Source: Candidatus Woesearchaeota archaeon (GTDB lineage: Archaea > Nanobdellota > Nanobdellia > Woesearchaeales > 0-14-0-80-44-23). Taken from it: a DNA stretch of 64,000 bases. Of the stretch, positions 56,647-64,000 are shown piece after piece. Under the pieces are notes generated by a model, which was not told where the DNA came from, did not search any database, and saw only the letters and a program-made list of their open reading frames with translations. The stretch's first letter is position 1. Each line of letters starts with the position of its first letter. The stretch covers positions 768,001 through 832,000 of the forward strand of contig JAVZCZ010000001.1 in NCBI GenBank assembly GCA_038874135.1. Reading direction: 5' to 3'. The translations under genes and the position numbers were made by a program.

Positions 56647-58413
56647 ATGACAAGACTGGCTGTTGTTAAGAAGGAGAACTGCAAGGGCGGCATAGACTGC
56701 CCGTTCCTGTGCATTTCTGCATGTCCAGTAAATAGAACTGGAAAGGAGTGCATAACCAAGATTAATAGGGATGCTAAGGAGAGCAAGATTCAGATAGATG
56801 AGAAGCTGTGTATAGGCTGCGGAATCTGCGTTAAGAGATGCCCCTTTGAAGCAATCTCAATAATTAACCTTCCTGAAGAACTGGATAAAGAGCCAATACA
56901 CAGGTATGGCGCAAACGGATTCGCTCTATACTCCTTGCCAATTCCAATATTCGGAAAGGTTGTTGGGATAGTTGGCAGAAATGGGATTGGAAAGAGCACT
57001 GCAGTAAGAATACTTGCCGGCGTTCAGAAGCCAAACCTCGGAACTAATGAAGAGAAGGGCTTTGAGGAGTTGCTCAGATTCTTTAAGGGAACAGAAGCAC
57101 AGCTCTTCTTTGAACAGCTCAGGGATGGACAGATAAAGGCAGCTTATAAGATTCAGAATGTTGAAGCAATCCCAAAGCATTACAAGGGCAGCGTGAGAAA
57201 CCTTCTTGAAAGGGCGGACGAGAAGGGAAGACTTGAAGAGGTTTCCAATCTTCTGGGGCTTTCAAAGATACTGGACAATCAGGTGGACAAGATATCTGGA
57301 GGCGAGCTTCAAAGAGTGGCTATAGCCGCCGCCTCTCTGAAGAATGCCAACCTCTACATCTTTGACGAGCCTTCTTCCTTCTTGGATGTGAAAGAGAGGA
57401 TACGAGTCGCTAAGTTCATAAGAAGCCTGGCTGACGAAAAAACAGCAGTTATAGTTGTAGAACACGACCTCATAATACTTGACTATATGACTGATTTGAT
57501 TCACATAATGTACGGTAAACAGGGCATCTTTGGAACCTTATCCTTGCCCAAGACAACACGGATTGGGATCAACATCTTCTTAGAAGGTTTCCTCAGGGAG
57601 GAGAATATCAAATTTAGGGATTATCCCATAAGGTTTTTCGCAAAGCCGCCCGCAGACATAAGAAGGCAGTCGGAGCTTGTTTCCTGGAGAGGTATAAAGA
57701 AGAGGATTGGAAAATTCTCGCTCTCCGCAGATTCAGGAGCACTATACCTGCATCAGACAGTTGGGGTTCTTGGGGAGAACGGCATTGGAAAAACAACTCT
57801 TGTTAAGATATTTGCCGGAGTTGAAAATGCTGACGATGGGACAATCTCAAAAAAGATAAAAGTTGCATACAAGCCGCAATACCTTGAAGCCGACCAGGAA
57901 CAGCTCGTATCAGAAGTGCTCAAAGCTGCTCTTGAAAAATATTCTGCTGAGCTGATAAACCCGCTGGAGCTTAACAACCTGATTTCAAAGAAGCTGAGTC
58001 AGCTCTCTGGCGGGGAACTTCAGCGTGTGGCAATAGCTGAATGTCTCTCCAAGCAGGCAGATCTATACCTACTAGATGAACCTTCAGCCTACTTAGATGT
58101 GGAACAGCGCATGGCAGCAGCAAAGGTGATAAGGGACTTTGCCGAGCGCACTGGCTCAACAGTATTAGTTGTGGATCATGACTTGATGTTCATAGATTAT
58201 TTAGCAGAGCGCCTGATCGTTTTCAGCGGCACCCCCACAGTGGAGGGCTTCGCCTCTGAGCCGCTCTCAATGCGTGATGGAATGAACGCCTTCCTTTCAG
58301 GGCTGGGAATAACTCTGAGGAGAGACATTGAAACGCTACGGCCTAGGATAAATAAGGAAGATTCCAGGAGAGACAGAGAGCAGAAGGCTGAGGGAAAACT
58401 TTATTACGAATAA
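56647..58413 (+). CDS. Ribosome recycling ATPase ABCE1 (RLI)
   Basis: Fe-S domain CIGCGICVKRCPF. Two ABC domains (GRNGIGKS, SGGELQR). Confidence 0.95.
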   Translation: MTRLAVVKKENCKGGIDCPFLCISACPVNRTGKECITKINRDAKESKIQIDEKLCIGCGICVKRCPFEAISIINLPEELDKEPIHRYGANGFALYSLPIPIFGKVVGIVGRNGIGKSTAVRILAGVQKPNLGTNEEKGFEELLRFFKGTEAQLFFEQLRDGQIKAAYKIQNVEAIPKHYKGSVRNLLERADEKGRLEEVSNLLGLSKILDNQVDKISGGELQRVAIAAASLKNANLYIFDEPSSFLDVKERIRVAKFIRSLADEKTAVIVVEHDLIILDYMTDLIHIMYGKQGIFGTLSLPKTTRIGINIFLEGFLREENIKFRDYPIRFFAKPPADIRRQSELVSWRGIKKRIGKFSLSADSGALYLHQTVGVLGENGIGKTTLVKIFAGVENADDGTISKKIKVAYKPQYLEADQEQLVSEVLKAALEKYSAELINPLELNNLISKKLSQLSGGELQRVAIAECLSKQADLYLLDEPSAYLDVEQRMAAAKVIRDFAERTGSTVLVVDHDLMFIDYLAERLIVFSGTPTVEGFASEPLSMRDGMNAFLSGLGITLRRDIETLRPRINKEDSRRDREQKAEGKLYYE

Positions 58414-58420
58414 GTTATTG

Positions 58421-58822
58421 TTATTTCAAAACATCTTTATGAGTTATTAGAAAGCAAGAGTTTGCCACTACGCTGATGTTATTCCTTCTGCAAAACTCTA
58501 TTGCTTTTTCAGATTCTGAGCCCGGCTGCATCCAAACCCTCTTTATGCCTAGCTCTTTTGTTTCCTTAACTATCTCTTCTGTAACCGATGGCGGAACTAC
58601 TGTTATTACTATGTCGGGTTTTTCAGGCAGAGACTTCAGGTTGGGATAGCACTTTTCGCCTTCAATTGCATGGCAGTTTGGATTTACTCCGAAAACTTTA
58701 AAGCCCGAATTTCTTAAACTCGCATATACCTTAAATCCCCATTTTTCTTTATTTTCTGAGGCGCCAACAACTGCAAATGTTTTTTTTCTGTCTAAAAATT
58801 CTTCATCCACTTTAAACCTCAT
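58421..58822 (-). CDS. CoA-binding protein (YccU-like)
   Basis: AVVGAS, VNP, WMQPGSES. Confidence 0.9.
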   Translation of the reverse strand: MRFKVDEEFLDRKKTFAVVGASENKEKWGFKVYASLRNSGFKVFGVNPNCHAIEGEKCYPNLKSLPEKPDIVITVVPPSVTEEIVKETKELGIKRVWMQPGSESEKAIEFCRRNNISVVANSCFLITHKDVLK

Positions 58823-59174
58823 TGTATTTTTTGTTTGAGCCTTTAAACTTTTCAACAGGATAGCGCTGTTCGTTCTTTTTCATCTTTTTTTCAAAAGCTT
58901 CGGAAAGGTCAATATTATAGCGTTGTGCCATTCTTAGTAGATAAAAGAGGGTGTCTGCCATCTCAAAAGCAATTTCTTCCCGCTTTTTTTCATCCATAAA
59001 CATCTGCCTTATCTCTTCTTCTGACTTAAACCTGAAATGTTCTAATAGTTCAGCTGCTTCTGTGCTTACTCCGATTGCCAGGTTTTTAGCGTCGTGAAAC
59101 TGATCCCAGTCCCGTTCCTCGCAGAAATCTTTTACTCTCTTCTTCATCTCAGCTAAGTTTGTTTTTTCATCCAT
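58812..59174 (-). CDS. MazG-like (dCTP pyrophosphatase-type) NTP pyrophosphohydrolase
   Basis: ERDWDQFH, EAAELLE, EMAD, KNEQRYP. Confidence 0.9.
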   Translation of the reverse strand: MDEKTNLAEMKKRVKDFCEERDWDQFHDAKNLAIGVSTEAAELLEHFRFKSEEEIRQMFMDEKKREEIAFEMADTLFYLLRMAQRYNIDLSEAFEKKMKKNEQRYPVEKFKGSNKKYNEV

Positions 59175-59179
59175 CTCAA

Positions 59180-59650
59180 TCACTCAAATATTAAGAGCGT
59201 CTGCTTATCCCTTTCGCCCTGTTTTAGAGAGTATATCAAACCATACCTCTCAGATGCGCATTTCTCATAAGGTGCGCTCTTGTCATATATTATCCGCCAG
59301 TCCGGCTCTTTCATTTCATACAATACTGCTAAGTATTTGCAGGAAAAGTCCGCTTTTGGCTCTATGCCTTCAACTTCTAAAATCCTTACACGGGTGCTGT
59401 TATTCAGACATCTAAAAAGGTCTGCCGTATCAATCTTTATGTCGTAAAAGTTCGGATCTTCTGAGCAGGTAATTGTTGCACCTCTAATTATCCTTTTTAT
59501 TATTTCAGGAGGGAACATCTCAAGGGTTAATTTGATGAATCTCTCTTTTAGCTCTGGGTCATCTGCAAATTCTTCCTGCCATCCTGAAGTGTTTGTAAGC
59601 TCTGAAAGCTTATTCCTAAGCTCTGTTTCTTCTTGTAAGGTTAGTGTCAT
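59180..59650 (-). CDS. Hypothetical protein
   Basis: 156-aa ORF co-oriented with the downstream MazG-like gene. Confidence 0.6.
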   Translation of the reverse strand: MTLTLQEETELRNKLSELTNTSGWQEEFADDPELKERFIKLTLEMFPPEIIKRIIRGATITCSEDPNFYDIKIDTADLFRCLNNSTRVRILEVEGIEPKADFSCKYLAVLYEMKEPDWRIIYDKSAPYEKCASERYGLIYSLKQGERDKQTLLIFE

Positions 59651-59804
59651 GCAGCTGGTTTTTTCTTCGCATTATTTAAACTTTGCCTGAAACTTTCCGA
59701 AATCTTAGAAAATTTTCACAGGACATTCGGATTCTGCATTGGACTTCTGAGTGCGTTGAAGATTTAAACTCGTTATTACATTTTCTAATTGAGGTGAGAC
59801 ATTC

Positions 59805-59906
59805 ATGAGAGAAAATCTTAAGCAGCTTATGTTGAAGCTTAAAGAGTTTCAGACTGCAAGGGTCAGAATAAATGATAAACATTTTGAAATAAAAAGGGTA
59901 TCTTAG
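59805..59906 (+). CDS. Candidate 33-aa microprotein (not in ORF track)
   Basis: GAGGTGA-N7-ATG; MRENLKQLMLKLKEFQTARVRINDKHFEIKRVS*. Confidence 0.45.
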   Translation: MRENLKQLMLKLKEFQTARVRINDKHFEIKRVS

Positions 59907-60149
59907 ATGTTTATACGAATAGGCAAGGTTATTCTTGACTTTAATGAATATAGAAAAAGAGTTTCAACACTTAAAAAATTCCTGAGTTTAGAACTTAAGA
60001 GCATTTTCAGCAACTACGGTTTTGAAATAAGACAACTTGAATCGCGAAGCTCATACGACCAGCTTATTATGAATATGATTAATCAAGAGTTGGAAATTAG
60101 CGTAAAGATTAAGATGCAAAGATACAAAAAAGAGAATCTGGAAGAATAG
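59907..60149 (+). CDS. Small hypothetical protein
   Basis: 80-aa ORF starting directly after the upstream TAG, in the same frame. Confidence 0.5.
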   Translation: MFIRIGKVILDFNEYRKRVSTLKKFLSLELKSIFSNYGFEIRQLESRSSYDQLIMNMINQELEISVKIKMQRYKKENLEE

Positions 60150-60165
60150 CTAACAGCTTCAAAAA

Positions 60166-60915
60166 CTAACCCTCTTTAAAGTGGTTTAGAGTCGCCTGAT
60201 TTTTCTTTAAATGCTCAAAAAACCTTGGAGGTTCAACCCGTCTAAACTCAAAGCCTAACTCCTTAAGCATGTGCTCAGCATTCTTACTTATTGAAGGCGC
60301 AGCTAGAATTCCCCTTACTCTCTGAAGCCCCTTATCCCTCCTTATCTTGTCCACATAGCGCGCAAGCTGCGAAACCGCTTTAAAATCAGCAGAGTACCTC
60401 TTCGCTTCAACAACCACTAAAACATTTTCAGAATCGTAACCAAACACATCTATAAAACCATACTTCGTGTGTTCTTCTCTGGAAAGAGGCTTAAAACCTT
60501 TCTCTATAAGCTCCGGATTGCGCATTATCATATCAGACATGTCCCTCTCTGAGCCAACCAACATAAGCTTCTCTCCATCCTGCAAGTTTGAGTGGAATAT
60601 AGAGTATAAGCTCTCCACACTTATATCCAACACTTCCTTTAAAGGAATATTGGAAACTCTAATTTTAATCTCTCCACCTTCAACAGATATGCCGAACTCT
60701 GAACCCTCCTTCATCCAGTTCACAGGAGCTGAGCCGGACGGCTGATGCACCATCATGCTCCCATCAGACTTTATTATGATTATCCTATCACCGGATGCAA
60801 GATAACTTTCAGCCCTGCCAGAATATCTTATTCTACACCTTGCGGTCAGAATTATGCACTCTTTTTTCAGGATGGCCTCCCTCAAATCAGCTGCTGCGCT
60901 TACAAGATTAAGCAT
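60166..60915 (-). CDS. nucS: Mismatch-specific endonuclease NucS/EndoMS
   Basis: YSGRAES, IKSDGSMMVH, PVNW, GFIDV...VVEAKR...QLARY. Confidence 0.92.
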   Translation of the reverse strand: MLNLVSAAADLREAILKKECIILTARCRIRYSGRAESYLASGDRIIIIKSDGSMMVHQPSGSAPVNWMKEGSEFGISVEGGEIKIRVSNIPLKEVLDISVESLYSIFHSNLQDGEKLMLVGSERDMSDMIMRNPELIEKGFKPLSREEHTKYGFIDVFGYDSENVLVVVEAKRYSADFKAVSQLARYVDKIRRDKGLQRVRGILAAPSISKNAEHMLKELGFEFRRVEPPRFFEHLKKNQATLNHFKEG

Positions 60916-60946
60916 AAGGCAAAAATCTCCCTTTCAGAATTTAAAT

Positions 60947-61117
60947 TTATCCCGCTACGTGCACCTTTGAAAAATGTGAGCGGGACCTCTGCCTAACTAT
61001 TACTCCCCTCTTCTCATCAACAAAAACCTCATAGCCTTCAGGAACAGTAAATAAGACATTTTCATCATCCATGCTGTTTATGAGGTCAATCTCCTCTTCA
61101 GAAAGAGGCCTAGCCAT
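60947..61117 (-). CDS. Small hypothetical protein, 56 aa (not in ORF track)
   Basis: AGGTGA SD; MARPLSEEEIDLINSMDDENVLFTVPEGYEVFVDEKRGVIVRQRSRSHFSKVHVAG*. Confidence 0.5.
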   Translation of the reverse strand: MARPLSEEEIDLINSMDDENVLFTVPEGYEVFVDEKRGVIVRQRSRSHFSKVHVAG

Positions 61118-61122
61118 CTATC

Positions 61123-61317
61123 TCACCTGAACTTAGGACACTTCCTGCACACTTCGGGAGCTTCTTCCCTTTTTGTCTTCTCATTTACCTCTTCGGGACA
61201 ATCAGGAAATGTTCCCTTACACTCGGGAAACCTGCCAGTGCGCATCTCAAATTCCTTCTGCTCAGTTACCCATCTAGGAGTGCCCTTTAACCTCTGTTTG
61301 TGAGTTTTTCTTCCCAT
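61123..61317 (-). CDS. Small Cys-rich (metal-binding?) protein
   Basis: FPECKGTFPDCP...VCRKCP; GGGTGGAG SD. Confidence 0.6.
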   Translation of the reverse strand: MGRKTHKQRLKGTPRWVTEQKEFEMRTGRFPECKGTFPDCPEEVNEKTKREEAPEVCRKCPKFR

Positions 61318-61459
61318 AAATGCTCCACCCTTCCCACCATAATAATTTTCTTCTTATTAAATCTTTTGATTTTTACTGATTTCATCGCAGGTTTAATATG
61401 AGCACAAATAAATTTAAATATAACATTAAAAACCACAAAACTCTCGAAGAGGTGTTAGG

Positions 61460-62788
61460 ATGCTTTATTTTAGTACTATTCTGGGCAGAAAAATAATTGA
61501 TTCTGCAGAAGAAGAAATAGGCACTCTTGAAGACCTAATCATAATAGATGGAGAAGACGAAGCTGAAGTAGTTGCTCTGGTCTGCAAAAGAAAGACAAGC
61601 CCTTTAAGGATACCGATAAAATTTGTAGATGTTATAGAGCGGGTCATAAAACTTTCAATAAGAAAGGAAAAGGCACTTCTCTTCGGAGAGCCAAATCCGG
61701 ATGAGATTCTTCTAAAAAGTTCAATACTTGACAAGCAGCTCATAGATACTAACGGGGCAAAAATAGTAAGAGTGAATGACATAGCGCTGCTGCATAAGAA
61801 TAATGGCCTCTTTGTTATAGGCGTAGATGCGAGCTTCAAAGGGCTGCTTCGCAGGTTGGGTGTAGGGAGCACAATACCTGCAATTCCCAAGTTTCTTAAG
61901 AAGGGCGGCGAAGTTGAAGTTCCAAATATGATCCCCTGGAAGTTTGTGGCGCCCTTGGAACCAGATCCGAGGCACCTTAAACTTAAAATAGAGCGCGAAA
62001 ACCTGAACAAGATACACCCTGCTGACCTGGCAAACATAATAGGCCAGCTTAGCAGAGAGGAAAGAATTCTGGTAATGAGATCCCTGGATGAAAATGTAGC
62101 TGCAGAAGCTCTTGCAGAGGCAGATCCGGGAATTCAAAAGTCGTTGCTTGAAGAGATGAAGCTCAAGAGGATAAAAGACATTCTGGATAAGATGAGCGCT
62201 GACGAGATAGCAGACCTGCTCTCAATAAGCAACAGGGAAAAAGCAGAAGAAATTTTATCCCTGCTAAAACCTGAAATCTCAGCACAGGTTAAGCAGATAA
62301 TGCAGTATCCTGAAAACACTGCTGGAGCTATGATGTCCACCGACTTCATCTCAGTGCAGATGAATATGACAGCCCAGGAGGTTATTGAAAAGATGAGGAA
62401 GCGTGCTCCCAACAGCTCCCAAATCTACTATATTTATGTGGTGGATTCTAAAGGAAAGCTGGTTGGAGTTCTCTCAATACGCAGCCTGCTCATAGCAAAT
62501 CCTAAAAAGAAGGTAGCTGACTTTATGAATACAGAAATTGCTAAGGTAGAAGTAACTTCTCCAAAACAGCACATAGCAAAGCTCCTATCAAAATACAACC
62601 TACTTGCCCTCCCAGTGGTTGATTCGGAAGGAGTTTTAAAAGGAATAGTCACTGCGCACGATGTGGTTGATGAGCTCATGCCTGATTCTTGGGATAAGAA
62701 GGATCTAAAAAGACAAAGGGTAATCAGCAATGGTACAAAAGATAAATCCTCTAAAAAGAAGGGCCGGGGAGAAAAAGCAAAGAAGTGA
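61460..62788 (+). CDS. MgtE intracellular-domain protein (PRC + MgtE_N + CBS, no TM)
   Basis: LDKQLIDTNG, HPADLA, TAGAMMS, YYIYVVD, LLALPVVD. Confidence 0.85.
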   Translation: MLYFSTILGRKIIDSAEEEIGTLEDLIIIDGEDEAEVVALVCKRKTSPLRIPIKFVDVIERVIKLSIRKEKALLFGEPNPDEILLKSSILDKQLIDTNGAKIVRVNDIALLHKNNGLFVIGVDASFKGLLRRLGVGSTIPAIPKFLKKGGEVEVPNMIPWKFVAPLEPDPRHLKLKIERENLNKIHPADLANIIGQLSREERILVMRSLDENVAAEALAEADPGIQKSLLEEMKLKRIKDILDKMSADEIADLLSISNREKAEEILSLLKPEISAQVKQIMQYPENTAGAMMSTDFISVQMNMTAQEVIEKMRKRAPNSSQIYYIYVVDSKGKLVGVLSIRSLLIANPKKKVADFMNTEIAKVEVTSPKQHIAKLLSKYNLLALPVVDSEGVLKGIVTAHDVVDELMPDSWDKKDLKRQRVISNGTKDKSSKKKGRGEKAKK

Positions 62789-64000
62789 AAGAGCTGAAGG
62801 AGCTGCTTATAAGATACGAATTGGCTTATCCGAGCGCTTCAGAGCATTATTTCTGATGCTATCCCTGGTAGGCCCAGGGCTTATAACAGCATTTGCAGAT
62901 AATGATGCAGGAGGCGTATCTACATATTCTGTGGCTGGAGCAACTCTTGGCTATAATATATTGTGGTCTCTACTCCCTGTTACGGTACTTTTGATAATAG
63001 TTCAGGAGATGTCCGCACGCCTCGGAATAGTAACCGGCAAGGGGCTTGCAGACCTCATAAGAGAGAGATACGGCGTTAAAATAACTCTCTTCTTAATGAT
63101 AGGATTATTTTTGGCTAACATCTCAACCACCATAGGAGACTTTGCAGGGATAGCTGCTTCAGGAGACCTATTCAACATACCCCGCTGGGTGATAGTGCCT
63201 CTTACAGCAATAATTCTACTTCTCATAATGATTAAGGGAGATTACAGAACTGCTGAGAAGGCAATGTTCATCTTAATATTTTTTTATATTACCTATGTTC
63301 TTGCTGGAATAATGGCGAAGCCCAACTGGAGCCTCGCTCTTAAATCAACATTCCTACCAAAAATTGAGTTTACACCAACTTACATATACATACTAGTAGG
63401 TGTGATCGGAACAACTATTACACCCTGGATGCAGTTCTACCTTCAATCCACATATGTTGAAAAGGGAATTTCAGTAAAGGATTATAGATTTGCAAAAGCA
63501 GAGGTAATTCTCAGTTCAATAGTGAGTGACAGTGTAAGCTTCTTTATGATTTTGACCTGCGCAGCCACCCTATACTATGCTGGCATAAGTATAAACTCAG
63601 CTCAGGAGGCAGCACTCGCTCTTAAGCCGCTGGCAGGAGAGTACGCTTATATCCTCTTCGGCGTAGGACTCTTTTTTGCTTCATCAATAGGAGCAATCCT
63701 CGTGCCAGTTTCAACATCTTTCTCAATCTGTGAAGGAATAGGATTTGAAAGTGGCCTTAATAAGACGATGAAGGAAGCCCCAGTCTTTTACGGGCTGCTC
63801 ATAGCAACCGTCGTTATAAGTGCCGGTTTGGTTTTAATTCCTAACCTGCCGCTGATAAAGATAATGGTCTTCTCGCAAGTATTCTCCGGAATGGTTTTAC
63901 CATTTATCATGATTGCAACGCTCAGAATAGTGAATGATAAAAAGCTTATGGGTGAGTATGTAAACTCAAAGGGGTTTAACATAATAGCCTACGCGGGCGC
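62730..64000 (+). CDS. NRAMP-family divalent metal transporter (3'-truncated by window edge)
   Basis: Translated by hand from ATG 62730: GPGLITAFADNDAGGVSTYS, QEMSARLG, GTTITPWMQFY. Confidence 0.9.
   Translation, partial: MVQKINPLKRRAGEKKQRSERAEGAAYKIRIGLSERFRALFLMLSLVGPGLITAFADNDAGGVSTYSVAGATLGYNILWSLLPVTVLLIIVQEMSARLGIVTGKGLADLIRERYGVKITLFLMIGLFLANISTTIGDFAGIAASGDLFNIPRWVIVPLTAIILLLIMIKGDYRTAEKAMFILIFFYITYVLAGIMAKPNWSLALKSTFLPKIEFTPTYIYILVGVIGTTITPWMQFYLQSTYVEKGISVKDYRFAKAEVILSSIVSDSVSFFMILTCAATLYYAGISINSAQEAALALKPLAGEYAYILFGVGLFFASSIGAILVPVSTSFSICEGIGFESGLNKTMKEAPVFYGLLIATVVISAGLVLIPNLPLIKIMVFSQVFSGMVLPFIMIATLRIVNDKKLMGEYVNSKGFNIIAYAG

Noticed and set aside
25938-63982. Numerous 60-200 aa ORFs antisense or out of frame to housekeeping genes
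   Set aside because: They overlap confidently identified genes and show no recognisable motifs.

Overview
Archaeal chromosomal window, most likely DPANN (Woesearchaeota-like). This is inferred from archaeal-type uL16, aIF5B, ABCE1, NucS and AMP phosphorylase, an intron-containing tRNA, and GAGGTGA Shine-Dalgarno (SD) sites. Positions ~24.4-64 kb are mostly housekeeping genes plus 4 tRNAs. Positions 1-23 kb form a large cell-surface locus that looks like an undescribed modular filament/adhesin system. Two small secreted paralogs (family A: 10672, 11713) share their fold with the C-terminal domain of two giant Ig-repeat proteins. A second small secreted protein (family B: 12413) shares its fold with the C-terminal part of a propeller-bearing protein (13378). 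A membrane-anchored DUF916-like protein, an Sm-like protein, a small RHH regulator and two DUF5752-like proteins accompany them. Two different adhesin genes share an identical 656-bp cassette whose 218 codons never end in A and only 4 end in C. A candidate ~75-nt sRNA with an anti-SD motif and a cUUCGg hairpin lies at ~30.6 kb. No CRISPR array, integrase, transposase or reverse transcriptase was seen. All family assignments come from motif recognition by eye, not database searches.
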